DNA of 58,509 nt, counting the filler, from Sluysia triapertura (Eukaryota), in NCBI GenBank assembly GCA_046118255.1. It is 4 parts of 4 records of this genome, joined end to end, with 100 filler letters (N's around TTAATTAATTAA, not from the genome) between each part and the next. Parts side by side here need not be neighbours in the genome. Positions count along the whole stretch, not along the records: positions 18,276 to 29,720 come from JBJNIA010184668.1; positions 29,821 to 43,152 come from JBJNIA010046236.1; 2 more parts are not named here. One strand, 5' to 3'. The position numbers and the translations under genes are program-made. The notes below the pieces were generated by a model. That model was not told the DNA's origin. It saw only the letters and a list, made by a program, of their open reading frames with translations, and did not search any database. Each line of letters opens with the position of its first letter. Positions within the stretch are counted from its first letter, which is position 1. Below are positions 28,030 through 41,430 of this stretch, one piece after another.

Positions 28030-29600
28030 TTTCTCAAATAGAAAGAACTTTGTCTTTTTCTTAAATATTTCATAATCTCCCAGTAATTTAACATCCTCTG
28101 GTATCTGGTTGAATAAGTTTGAAACACAAACAGTATATTAGCTATCTCTATAAATGTTATATTTTAAAGATATACTCATTTTGTTTTACTAATTGTTTTT
28201 ATTATTTCTAAGAGATTCAAGAAGTCAATTATGCAAACATTTGTAAATTATTGTCATGATTTTTAATTCTACTCTTGCTTCTATCGCTAACCAATGTGTT
28301 ATTTGTGATATTATTGCTTATTGATTTATTTTTCTGCCTGAAATTGAGTGTATTGTACCAAAGTTAAAATTTATGTTAATGAATGAACAATTAGTTTAGC
28401 TACATCTTTATTGACAAATTTTTGAATATTCAATATTTTCTTTAATTGGTATTTACAATTTTTAACAATATAATTAATATATTCTTCCATGTACATTTTT
28501 AAATCCATATAACATCTTACAATCAGTATTGTAATTTCACTTCTAGCATCTTACCACTTTGATTTAACTTTGTTTCGTTTATTTTAGTATTGTGGGTATC
28601 TTTATTATTGAATATGCTAAATTCTGATTTTTCTTCACTGATTTTCAAACTATTTTATCAATTCAGTTATTAATTTTTTGAATGGTATTTTCTATGTTAT
28701 TTCAAATTCAACACGTATATTCAACATCAGCATATGCATGGTATTTATAATCATATGATTTAACTTTAAGGCTTAACCTACAATCATAAAAGAGTTAATA
28801 AAATTAGTGAGTTCTTCTGTGATAAGAGACTTACACAATTAAAGGGCTCTTCACAGGATTTTGAAAGAGGTGCAAGAAATTAGAGTTCAACAAGTATATT
28901 TTTATTGGTGTAAATTCTACTAAACGTTGCAAATAATTAATAATACAATGACTTATTTGATTTGATATTTTGGATATTGAAGTGAGTTTATGGTGTAAGT
29001 TGGGATATTGTCAAAATGTACTATGATTTATGTTGTGCTAGTAATTTGTATTCACTACATTAATAATTAGAAGCAAACTATATGAACATAACTTGGATCA
29101 TACTTTGTAAAATAGATGTTTTCATTAAGTTGTATAAGTAGTTCGGAATTAATTCGAATTATATACGTTTAATATAAAGGCCAGAGTTCATTTCAACTCC
29201 AATACCATGTTTATAGTGAAGTAATGAATTTATTTCAATTCCTATTCACACATGTTTTTGACATATTTTTGATTAAAACTACCGACAGAATAATCATCCT
29301 TTTTAATATAAAGTAAGAAATAAAAACATGAATTAAATATAAATATTTAAAGTTAGAAATATCAAATCTTATACACTTATAATTGTATAAAAATAACAAA
29401 GGTACAATGAATTTAACGAGAAATTTCAATTGTCATTTACATGATTTGCGTTGATTAGTATTACTAATTAAAACATTTTGATCACTGATATTTAAAATAA
29501 CTGGTTGACAACATGATTATTTTCGAAAACTTCTACATGAGCAAAGTTAGGTGCCAAAATTCGATTAAATGATGATAACGGCTTTACTATTGGATCTTCT
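28030..29600 (-). mobile_element. L2/CR1-like LINE reverse transcriptase remnant
   Basis: VFE..VVNQL, YHAYADV (YADD-like) and C-terminal HWLAIEARVELKIMTIIYKCLHN. Confidence 0.6.
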
Positions 29601-29627
29601 ATTACGAACGATCCATATTCACATAAA

Positions 29628-29720
29628 CCAGGGATTCTTAAACTTTTTATATAGCGACTCCCTTCAAGCTTAGGAAATTTTAAACGACCCCCTCCTCCAT
29701 ATAATGAAATATATATTAAC
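29628..29720 (+). mobile_element. hAT-Charlie-like left end, cut by assembly gap
   Basis: CAGGGATTCTTAAACTTTTT...GCGAC.CCC terminus pattern. Confidence 0.5.
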
Positions 29721-29820
29721 NNNNNNNNNNNNNNNNNNNNNNNNNNNNNNNNNNNNNNNNNNNNTTAATTAATTAANNNNNNNNNNNNNNNNNNNNNNNN
29801 NNNNNNNNNNNNNNNNNNNN
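29721..29820. other. Artificial 100-bp contig spacer
   Basis: 44N-TTAATTAATTAA-44N. Confidence 0.95.
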
Positions 29821-29825
29821 ATCCC

Positions 29826-29894
<69 letters not shown>
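29826..29894. repeat. (AAT)n microsatellite at a contig edge
   Basis: Read directly; produces the spurious poly-Ile ORF. Confidence 0.95.
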
Positions 29895-29896
<2 letters not shown>

Positions 29897-31515
29897 ATTG
29901 TAATAATACATTACAACACATTGGCAAGATTTTTATAAGCAAAAGAAATTCCTTAAAGGCAGTTTTAAACAACAAAGACTAAAATAACAAAGAAGTAATC
30001 AGACAGGAATAATTGCTGGTCAATCGATAACGCCACTATCAAATGTATTCAACTCAAGATGAACAGGTGGCTCAAATGGTAATATAGAATAAAATTAAAT
30101 ATTATGTAGAAAAAATTAGACACAATCATAAAAATAGAATAAAATTTGTATGTCTTATAATGCTTATTCATAGTAAAAGTATTTATCAAATTAACGCTCA
30201 TTATACGTCGTGTTATTATTGAAACCGATCTGTGATGGATGAAGCTTTATATTTGATCACGTTTATATTCAATTGAAATTGATGTATTATTGTATCAATA
30301 AATATTGCTTTAAATTTTGATTTTATCAACTCGGGATAATTTCCGGGTGACCATAGTCGCAGATTCATTATCGAGCTGATAAAATTTTAACTCATTATAA
30401 AGTTGTTAAAGTTACATTTGAAAAAGTAAGGAATGTGTCTGAATAAAAGATTCCAGAGAAGAATACAGAACTCAAGGTTAAAACTGTACTTAGAACAAAT
30501 TTATTTATAAATATTTTTATGACAATAATAGTTCAAATTTATTAAAATTAGATAAATAATCAATTTAAATGAAATAATTAATAAACTGTTAAACATAATA
30601 AATTGTTAATAAAATAAAATAAACGATAAAATTTATTTCCGTTAATTGTGACTATCAAAGGATAGCTAGAGAAAAAATAACCACCATTAACAATTTTTAA
30701 AAATCTCTATTTGCAAATTCATTTGGAGTAATATCAGCGGTGTGTTGAAGATTGAGTATCACTTGAGTATTATTGAGTATTTACTTTACAAATTGATCCA
30801 GAAAGAGGGCTGAGATTTATTTTATAGGATTTTCATCCTCATTACGTGAAGATTTAAAAATACGTAAAATATAATATACCTTGAATTGTTATTGATTTTG
30901 TTTTCGTTATAGAATTCGGACAAAACAAAAATCGACTAAACAAATCAGTTATTCACGAAACATAATGTAAAAGATAACAAAAGAATAAAAAGCATATATA
31001 GACCCTCTTGATAAATCGTATAAATCCTATAGGTACGCTCTCGGTGAACCCATAACGAACTATTCATTTTGCAGATAGTAAGAAAGAATAAAATTACTAG
31101 CAAACATAAAACATAAAACCCATAAATTCTGCATCTATTTTTCGTAGAAAAATTTGCATTTTCTGTAAAATACAAACTTATTCAAAATCATTCAATACAT
31201 AAAAATCTTCACAATATTTTAAACATGCAAACCAATTACAACTTTTTATTCCATGTGCTACATACCTTTAATATATCATTTTAATCAGCCAATTCTTTAC
31301 CATTCAATAATATTCGATTTGAATTATGACAGTTAACTTTTAATAAGCATAGCCACTTTCCATTTCGTTCAGGTATATTAGTGTACAGCATAATAAGAGT
31401 AAATATAATAATAATAATGATAATATTATGTGATATATTGATAAATTTCGATTCCTTTTAGAAGTGGATATCTCGATAAAATATCCAACTAAATATCGAT
31501 AAAAATGCAACTAAC

Positions 31516-31692
31516 CTTTGCAGCTACTAAAAATAATTCATCGGTCACTGGTTGTATTCCAGCACAAGCAACAGCAAACCCGATTCCTGGAAACAGATAG
31601 GCATTGTGTCCAGCACTGGGTCGAAAGACACGGCCATCTGAAAGAGTGACTATGTCTTGAAATTTCGATCCACTTGCGAATATTGCACGACC
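31516..31692 (-). CDS. ME1: Malic enzyme internal exon GRAIFASGSKFQDIVTLSDGRVFRPSAGHNAYLFPGIGFAVACAGIQPVTDELFLVAAK
   Basis: GR.IFASGS and N.Y.FPG motifs. 177 nt, phase 0/0, compatible with the upstream exon across a 4.1-kb intron. N- and C-terminal exons were not found in the window. Confidence 0.92.
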
Positions 31693-31859
31693 CTAATAAT
31701 AATAATAATGATAATAATAATGGTATTGAATCAAAATAAGAAAGAAATGCAAGTTACTTAATTAGCAAGAGGAAGAGCAACGCATCAAATGGAAAATGCG
31801 AGAGGAATACGAAAATATGCAATGCTAATAAAATGGAAAATGAATCACTCCAAACCCAT

Positions 31860-32150
31860 AAAAAGGTTATAAAAGAACAGCTGATATGGGTAACATTGTT
31901 AAAATTGTGAATATAGTTAATAAGGATACTTATATTGCACTTACTTTACAATATCTAGAAATATTCAAATATCCACAAACACCTTAAAGAAGCAGAACAG
32001 ATACTAGAAACTAAAAGTCAAATGCGAATAAAGAAGTCAATAATCCGTCACACTTGATTAGCACCCAGAAAGTATTACGGATCAAACTTCAACATGAATA
32101 AAACATGAAAAATCCACTAAAAAGTTAATACTAACGGACACAAACAAATA
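31860..32150 (+). mobile_element. Possible Penelope-like RT remnant
   Basis: IKRTADMGNIV....NKDTY (compare I.PADKGN.VV.MNK.DY) and a later KIH. Confidence 0.4.
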
Positions 32151-32241
32151 CTAACTTGTACGAATAACAAGTTATACAATATGAAAAATGATACTTTAAT
32201 TAACTAGTATATAGAAAAAATTGGCTGCCAGCGGTAGTATA

Positions 32242-33427
32242 TAGGGTTTTTACCCATATTTTGAATTTTTAATCATCAATCTTGAATTTGAAAACTCTCT
32301 TTCTATAAAATAAAAAATTGATATTAACGCATTTTCACATGTTTGTCAAAACATGCTGTTCCAGAATTATTTATAATCGAAAGAAAGTTTTATTTCTATA
32401 AATTAGCACACATTTGTAATGAAGGAAATTAATCCTTAAAATGAAAGTTTCCCATGAAATAAGAAAAAAAATAATTGAGGCATTTTTGACAGAAATATAT
32501 CTAAACGCGACATATCATGTATGTATGATGTCAAACTTCCATTAAATTAATGTATTTCAAAAAAAATTAAATTTTAAATTTTGAAAAAAAATAAAAAGCT
32601 GGGCCAAGTTCGTATCGACTTTATCAGAACCGAAATTGAAGAAGATTGTAGAAGGAAAACATTTTAGGTCATATAACTTGAATATATGACCACAATATCA
32701 AAATATATAAAGGATTGATGCAGCAAATATTGAATGGAGAGCTAAATATACTGAAGATTTCTTAACTTTATATAGAAGTATTGATGAATCTAACATAATT
32801 TTTATCGATGAGGACGATTTTAATGTTTCAATGCGAGCACTTTATGGTCGTTCTTTAAAATGGTACATGAGCTACACACAAAGTAAGAAATGTAAGGTCA
32901 AGGCATACGTCATTGTGCTGTGCTATTTCTAAAAAATGGTATAATCAAATATGCACATGGAACTAATGTGTTTAATGAGTCAAGTTTTGAAGAATTTCCA
33001 GAAAACCTACTTACAGATCTCATTGAAGAAGAAAGAGATAATGTTTGCCACCATAAGACTCCAGTGGTTCACAATTTAATCGAAAATAAAGGATTTAAAA
33101 TTATGTACTTACCACCGTATTCTCCGTTTTTGAATCCTATCGAAATGAAAAATTATGTTAGAAAAAACCGAAATGATAATATAACGCCGAGCGATTGTTG
33201 TGGTTTCTATCGACATATGACGTCTTACATTTAATATCAACGGCTAAGAGCTCATTAATGATGTTTAATTAAATTTAGTAATGATTTTGACGATTTTAAA
33301 TTTTATGGTTTAGTATGTTTGTAATGTTAAAATTTCTCTTTTTATTCTTTGATTGAAAAAATTCGAAATGAGGGTTTATAAATTCAAAATGGAAGTTTAA
33401 AATTTCAAAATATGGGTTAAAACCGTG
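32242..33427 (+). mobile_element. IS630/Tc1-type DNA transposon with ~60-bp imperfect TIRs and a decayed DDE transposase
   Basis: TIR core GGTTTT.ACCCATATTTTGAA at both ends. IIFIDE..FNVSMR..YGRS, DNVCHHK and YLPPYSPFLNPIE motifs. Confidence 0.88.
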
Positions 33428-33561
33428 TCAGATTCATAAGAACTATTATGGAAGTATCGAGAAAGGGAAGGTTCTTACAGAGAAGATCTTATTCGTTGAA
33501 AATTATTGGATAAATATTCTGAACGGAGAAAATAGTGCAAAAACATAAGAAACGACTTATA

Positions 33562-34310
33562 TAGGGTGTCCAAAAGTAACCGAACCGCAAACATAAATAA
33601 AAAGTAGATATCAAAAAGACAAATTTAATAGGTTTATTTAGTATTTGTCCACCTTGAACTTCAACACTTCAACATACTTTCTGACAAGTTTCCTCTGAAA
33701 TTTGGTTCCATTCCAAAAGATGCAATCTGGAAAATCTGGTGATTCTTCACAAAATTCTAATTGTTTAACCACGCCATCCTTATTTAGGCATAAAGAAGAT
33801 GAGGTATGTATGGTTTTAGACCAATGTCATGCAAGATACGGTGGAGTAAGGTTCGAGAAATGTTCTGCTCTTTCGATGTCCGGTGGATATATGTTTTAGG
33901 ACAATCAACACATGTAGCTGTCACTATATCACTGTTTTCAGATAAACGAACTGTTTTTGGATGACCTTCTTTAGGAGCATTTGACGCACTTGGATACAAG
34001 ATTGAACATTGTCGACTTACTCGGTACAGGTGTTCTGAAGTTTGTTTCCCATCTATCTTCAGCATGCTTGTAGCTAGTCCTTACATAGTAATTTTTAATA
34101 ACGTTTAAATCTGAAGTCATTCGCTGCATTTTTAAGAATGAGGGTCCAAAAGCGTACACTGAACAAAATCAATAAGATCACACAACAAAAGTCATTCCAA
34201 AGACTACTATTCGCAGAAGGAAATGAATAGTAGCGAAGATAACATAAATATCATAAAAGATGAAATATCTAATTTTTATTTAAGTTTGCGGTTACTTTTG
34301 GGACACCTAG
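33562..34310 (-). mobile_element. Tc3/rosa-like Tc1-mariner element, internally deleted (HTH region kept, catalytic core lost)
   Basis: TIRs AGG(G)TGTCC(C)AAAAGTAACCG..CAAAC.TAAATAAAAA.TAGATAT. PSKSTMFNLVSK, GHPKTVR.SEN and ISRT.LHRIL...GLKPY motifs. Confidence 0.85.
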
Positions 34311-35399
34311 ATATATAAATTATGTAACAATTCGTGTCATTTTCTAAATATTTCCTAATATTTTCGAAATAATTCGAATATTGCGAATTGCAAATTGGCT
34401 ACACAATAACACAGTTATATTTTACGCTGGAGCTAAGAGGACTGCTTCATAAGAACAGCACAAAGTTTAAATTTACAAAAGAAATCCAATTTAAGCTTTG
34501 TTGTTGTTTTCTTTTTAGTTTCATTAAAAAATATTCTGCTAATGCTGCAGAATAATCGGTGTACTCGTGAGGTGTAAGGGTTAATATAATTTTAAATAGA
34601 AATTTGGAATTACGACTTAATAATAGTGATAACCAATAGTGATAATCTTGCACTTACTTTTCATCAAGAGAAACGAGTTAAAAGAATTCATTTTAAAAGA
34701 ACATTGTAACGAGAAAATTTTGAAATTATAAACAATGGAGTTATTTTAAAATGTGTAATCAATAAATTAGAAGTGCCAAACTTTCTAAATTTACAAACAA
34801 TACACTTTTAAACAGACACACAACGACCAATCACGCATTGTTGCATCATTAGATTGTCTCATCATCTATAATCTCTTTTATACGATCTTCATATCTTATA
34901 CAACCTCAATATCCATCAAATCACAATGCACCAATACTATTATCAGTATTGTTACTGATGTTGTATTGTTTATTATATCCTGAAATACTTCGGCAGTACC
35001 TCTAAATTACTTTAAATGTTTTCTTTGTTTCAAGCCTTCCTCCACACCCATTCAGGAGTCCCAAATGTCTACTTGTTTTAAATAATTATGATAAATATTT
35101 GAATTCTATTACTTTATTATTAACTGTAGATTATTTCAAAACTATGTCAATAGAGGATGAATCAGACTGTGATAATAGTAGGAAAATAGTAAAATGTAGA
35201 TAGATAAGATGTAAAAGAATTAAAAGATGTAGATATTATTTAGAATCACATTATTGAAGGTTCACGAGTAATGTAGAATTTAATTGGCTAGATACTGGAA
35301 TACTGAATTATGGTGAATTATCGAATATATCGAATATAATACATTTATTTTCAAAGAAATCAAAGATATTGTGAAATTGTCACAAAATCATAATTCATC

Positions 35400-35705
35400 T
35401 TTTCGCCCAATTTTCTGCATGTCTGGCGGCCATCTTCCTTCAGAAGATCTCCGAATTGGTCCTCGTCCATATCGACTGGTCTTCCGGAACAAGAAACGCC
35501 GTTGAGGTCGAAATTATCGTGTTTGAACCTGGCAAACCAATCCCGAGCAGTTCTCTCATCTATAGCGTCCTCTCTGTATCTCTGATAGTTTCACTCGCAT
35601 TTTGACCTCGATTAAAGGTGATTCTAAAAAAAGACAAAAAAATAATATATTCAAAAACGATAACTTTAATCTTGTAGAGCATAGCACGGACTTTCTAATA
35701 GTATA
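35400..35705 (-). mobile_element. Mariner (Mos1-like) transposase N-terminal HTH remnant
   Basis: FNRGQNASET...DAIDERTARDWFARFKHDNFDL...SGRPVDMDED...EDGRQTCRKL. Confidence 0.85.
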
Positions 35706-35715
35706 TAACACTTCA

Positions 35716-35970
<255 letters not shown>

Positions 35971-35997
35971 CTATAAATTCTAAATAACAAATCTGAC

Positions 35998-36106
35998 CAA
36001 TAAGAGCACTTGGTTTTATTTTTTCCACAATATCTTCCAATTTCTCAACAAATGGTAAATCTTTTGCGAATTTTTTCTTGTGAATTACCATAGTTTGTCG
36101 ATTTTC
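35998..36106 (-). CDS. ME1: Malic enzyme internal exon ENRQTMVIHKKKFAKDLPFVEKLEDIVEKIKPSALI(G)
   Basis: KP.ALIG motif. Preceded by a 40-nt intron whose only usable acceptor is GAG; followed by a 55-nt phase-1 intron. Confidence 0.88.
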
Positions 36107-36146
36107 CTCAATTAATTCAAAATTAATCATTTTAAAAAATGCTCAC

Positions 36147-36260
36147 TTTCACCAGCAAACCTTTTGAATCTACCATATATATTCGACCAAGTGCTTCAGA
36201 CTCTGAAAGACCTTCAGCCGTCATTGCTTTAACGAGCAAATTAGCAATACCAACAGAAGC
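36147..36260 (-). CDS. ME1: Malic enzyme (probably NADP-dependent), internal exon [38 protein letters not shown]
   Basis: Conserved GIA.L and VDSKGL motifs. AG/GT boundaries, 114 nt, phase 0/0. Confidence 0.92.
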
Positions 36261-38529
36261 CTAAAGATAAAACAAAATAATCAATAATTTCAATTTTTCA
36301 CGGTTGCATTCTTGATAATATTGTCATCGTCCAAAGCAATTTGAATTATTATTAATTACTTATCCCACTTAATTAATCAACCGTAAAATCCCATGAAAAG
36401 AGTTGTCCTTTTTAAAAAATCTTTACACAGGGGATTTTAAAACAGCAGAAAAAACCAACGTCAGTTTGTAAAAGGTGAAGCTTTTAAATAAAGATTTAAT
36501 TGGGGCTGACCTTTATAAAGTTAGAAAGAATCATTAAAATGACATATAAATGTATACACTAGATGGTGATTAAAAAATTCCATGGATAAGCCGCGGCTTA
36601 TCTACAGAAACAGATCCTTTATAAGGTGAGATTATTTAACACAATAAAAACAGAAAATGCAACAATGAGCAGAAATACGTTAGAATCAAGATGAGTTTAG
36701 TAATCATTTAAGACAATTTTGTAGCAAGTTTAAAGAACCAGAAATAAATATTCCGTGTGACCAAATATAAAACAGTAACATCAGAAGTGGAAGATGAATT
36801 TTAAGATGATAAGTTGGAAATTAATTATGCGAACTCGTCGAATAAGAAATTACGACAAGGGATTGCAATATTTTAATAATAACTTTAATTTAACTTGATT
36901 TTATTTAGCTACTTCTAGATGTCATTGCTGAAGAAAATTATTATTATCCTCACTATCAGCACCATAATTATAATAATAATAATTATTATTGTAAATAATA
37001 TAAATTAAAAAATTTTCAAGAAAACTGGAAATAATCAAGAAAAAACAAAATTTGAAAATGGAAATGAATCATTAAAAAATATAAAAGAAAAACCAGTTAG
37101 AAGATCACGAGTTTCTTTTCATGTCTATCCAATAAATTATACCTATATTCATTCATCCCTTTTTCTCTCTTCTATATCAATAATAAGGTAGTTCCTATTT
37201 TTACTATGTATAACTGTATATATAACCGATATTATAATATCGGTAAATAGCGGGATTCGAAAATTATGGACTGAAATTCGAAAATTCGAAACTGAAGAAT
37301 CAAATACCGTTTTTTAAAATTTTTCTTTTAATATTCTACTATATTATTCAACAAACACTTTCCAAAATTCAACATTCGGAATTACTGTGACAACAATCAT
37401 CCTTTATAATGTCTCATTGAAATCAAATGTCCGACAACATTTTTCTAGGACAGGCACAGAAGAAGCCAAATGCTTGCAACAAGGTTCTGAAATTTTTCGG
37501 TAGCTCAGCTTCTGGATTACACAAGCATGCGATAAAAGTTCGTGCTATCGATCTTGAGGATAAATCAAGTGGTCCTTCATGTAAAAAACAAAAAACTTTA
37601 CAACATTTGATCAAAGATGGTTTAAGTTTTCGACAAAATAATATCTAAAATGTGTATCGTAATTATTTAAAATTTAATAATTTGTAAAATTTATTATTTG
37701 ACATTTAAAATTTAAAGAGATTATTAAATAAATTGAATTAGTATTTATTCATAATTAACATTTTAGAATTACTCATAAGTACAAATATTTCACTGTGTTT
37801 TTATTGCATAAATAAAAGATAAAAATAGGTAATAAACATTCGATAATAACAATTTTATTTTTATACGTATTTTTTGACAATAATGATATAAAAGGACAAG
37901 TGTTTGACAATAACGTTTTGAATAACGCAACTGGATTAGAGTAAAATAAGAAGGAGCTGGTTGCTTATTACTGGAAATTACAATTCATGGTGATCTATTT
38001 AGTAAAAAGGAAAGTCTCTTCAAGTGATAACAGAATCAAACTATTCATTATTTTTATTAATATTTTAGCCTCAAGATCATACTTAAACTCTGTTTGAGCT
38101 AGTCAAGAATAAGTTAATTTATTTTTTAACTTATTCAAAAATAACTCAGGGAAACCTTATCTTTAACATGATTATTATTGTTGTTGTCATTATTTTAACT
38201 TTGTTATTTGTGTACAAGACTTATTATTGTTGTTATTAGATTTTTATAATAATTAGTTTTCTTGTGCACGTAATTTAATAAGACTTAGTGTATTTTGTCC
38301 TTTAAAATTCGAGTAAAAGTTAGTGTATCAATTACGTACTACTAATTGAAAACATTGACATTAATTTATCTATAAGAACTCTAAGATCGATAAAAGATAT
38401 CAAAATCTAGATATAAAGGAGATAAGGACCCTCTTGCTGACTAAATACAGATATAAACCACAGATTAGAGGCGAACCCAAAAGATAAATTTTATAATTGC
38501 GAGTTAAAATAAGAAAAGAAATAAAAAAC

Positions 38530-39760
38530 AGCTAAGGAATAGCATCTGGGCCTCAAAAATTTTCATTCAATAAATTTTACCTTATCTTGACTTTCGACTT
38601 TAAATTTACCCCTTATACATTGGATGGTTTGTATCACGATTTGACGTGCCAGTAATTCATCTTTAATCATTTCATTTAATAAAGTATCTAAATTAACATC
38701 AGAAACTATCACTATTACCAGTCATAATTTCAATCTTACAATTAAATTACTGACGATGTTTTTCTAATTCTTCATATTGTAATTGATACATTCTTAATTT
38801 ACTCACATCTAAAACAGTTTGTCCAACATAACTTGGTCTATCTAAGCACACTACTTCTTTCTCTAAAATCTTATAATAAAGAGAATTGTTTTTAAAATTG
38901 TAAAAATTTTACTGAAATTTTGTTGATTGACTACACTCATTTTTAAAAAATACAAGTTTGATTAAATTTAACTGCTCTATGAATTTTACAAACAGTTGCT
39001 CCTAATTTTATATTCATTTTTAGGATACATCAATGCACACTATATAATTAAATTTAGGTTCATGAGTCAATAATAAATTTTTAACTTAAGAATTTGGTGG
39101 ACATTTAGATTCAGGAACTAAAGAAGTTGAAATACATAACCTATTTTACTATTTACAGTATCTGTATTTGGTAAATTTACAATTAATTTAATTTATTTGC
39201 ATCATAAATTCATTCTAGGTCATGCGATAATAGTTATGATAAAGCCATATAAATTATTAATATATATGTATAATAAACTAGTATTATTATCAGATCTTGC
39301 ATAATGTTTGTTTACGCATATCATTCCACTTCGTATACCATTTTCGAAAGAAACATTTAATTGGTTTTATTTAATTGATACATAATTGAAAGAATTTTCG
39401 TCCTCTAATAATAATAGATTAATAATTGTTTCGCTATTGCACTTATTTCACATAATATATCAATGAAATTTTAAAAATATCGTCATTATCATGGATATAA
39501 CATTCATCAATATATTTATTGTTAAACATTTATTTATTCGTTTAAATTTAGATTGAGTTCATCCAAATATTTATAGTATATAATACAAAATCATATTTCA
39601 AAATTATAATATTGAAAATGAAAAATATGAATTATCATTATTTAAAATGTTAAGTCTAAAAATTTTGTTATAATGAAATATATTTTAAGTCAGTCCACAA
39701 CCCAGCCGTTGCTTAACTTTGTGTATACTTCTATACTTTTTATTTATTGAATCGGTTACA
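38530..39760 (-). mobile_element. Polinton/Maverick (Adintovirus-like) protein-primed DNA polymerase B fossil
   Basis: Ordered motifs SNGWVVD, FENGIRSG..C..KHYA, LLYIYINNLYG, LG.TVCKIHRAVKFNQ, FKNNS, LDRPSYVGQTVLDVSKLRMYQLQY, NSDSF, NHPMY and FLRPRCYS. Many stops and deletions. Confidence 0.85.
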
Positions 39761-41164
39761 CAATTTATAAAATCTGCTAATATTTTCTTATACTTTTGCA
39801 AATTGTTTACGATTACTAATGGTCCGCCTAGGATATACTCGTAAGTAACAGAAGGTAAGCTTGAAACTTTTTCTAGAATTATTTAATTATATGTATACTT
39901 GTATACTTGTGTACAAGTAATTATCAATTACTAGCGTATTGTTCTTGTAAAGCTTCTGAGTGTTTTTTCCATAAATCTGCTAAGGTAATTTATGTCTTAA
40001 TTCCTTTATATTAATTACCAATAAACCTTTATTTTATTCTTTTCAATTGTTAGTATCGTTATTAATATAAGTTTGTAGTACTATTCTTAAAAATTTCTTT
40101 ACAACTTTTGAAATTCAATTTCAACTATGTTTGTCTTTTAAAATTTATTAACTAATAAGGTATTCAATGTATTTCTTAGTTTAATAATTGAAACAATCAG
40201 TAGATTATGTTAGTATGGTACCTTAACAATTTCATTATTTGTATTGTTGCGGCCAACCTTTTTCATTCGAAATTTTAATTTAACATTTCACATTTTGCTT
40301 TTCTAAACTCATCAAAATTTTAGATACATTAAAACACTTAAATTCACAATTCCATAAGATTAAAATCATAATTAACATCGTAAATCATCAAATGTACATT
40401 TCAAATTTAATTCAAAACATTCCAAGTTCACAATTCTCCACCATTACATCATTAATATTATAAAAAAAATCATTAAATTTACATTTCAAAATCATTTTTA
40501 AAACATTATTTTAATTAAAATGGAATTTCTTCAACATCTTTAATTGTAATTTAAAAGAAGTAAAGTTTAATAAGCAAATAGATAATAATTTGTTGTGTAT
40601 ACATATAAAAATTAATACAATCAATTACAATTTTATATTAACAATAAATAAAACTTTATATCCGCTCCTAAAGTATTACTTTATTATCTCTAAAATCATC
40701 GAAATCAAATAAAAAACATAAAATTCCAAAATTATATTACTAAAATTGTCGATTAAACAAATAACAAATTGATCCAGATAATAATAATATAAAAACAATG
40801 TACGCTTATTATTAGAAAGAATACTCTAGAGCAATTAAAGATTTTAAAAAATGATTTTATGTCTAGTGTAAAACTAAACTTGTTGTTTGAGATTTTAAGT
40901 CTTGTTTTTACATATCCTAAAGGAGATGGAACTTAACATAAAAAGCTTACTGATAATTCTAAAACTTCAGCTACAGATCGAATAAAAATCTTTTGTTTGA
41001 ATAACGCTGGAACCAGATCTAATCAGGATGCAACCAAATTACCCCGAACATAGTTCAATTAATTACCAAATGGATTGATTTCCACCAAATAGTTTAGCTT
41101 AACTTCACCAAATAAAAAACCAATTGAATACCAAACAAATTAAATATCACCGAATAGTCGAATC

Positions 41165-41430
41165 TGTGGTGGCCAACATATTCACACAAAATTTTAATGC
41201 ATCACACTACACTAAAAATCATACTTTTACAACATCTAAAGCATTCATTACATCAAAATCATTAAATTTGTATCTTAAATTTAAAAATTTCTGTTAACAC
41301 CTTTAACTTCGCTAATACTCTCTTACGACACTCTTTCATAACTTGTTATTTTTTATGTACACCTTTCCTCCCCTTCTTTCCCTAACAACGAATGAGAAGA
41401 TCGTCTTCCACATATTCAAATATTGGTGAC
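41165..41430 (+). mobile_element. Gypsy LTR (TG...CA, 41165-41412) followed by PBS-like TTGGTGAC; same family as 56289-56520
   Basis: Shares TGTGG.GGCCAAC, CAAAATTTTAA, AAAATCATTAAAT.TGTA, TTAACACCTTTAACTT and GAA.ATCGTC.T.CACA with the reverse complement of 56289-56520. Confidence 0.75.

Noticed and set aside
37423-37648. PLDLS in the minus-strand ORF and the 73-aa plus-strand ORF
   Set aside because: No supporting gene structure. Likely a chance match or the tail of a pogo-like transposase remnant; not assignable.
41040-41095. LVEINPFG on the minus strand as a Cdc123/ATP-grasp motif
   Set aside because: A single short motif flanked by stops, with no other family landmarks.
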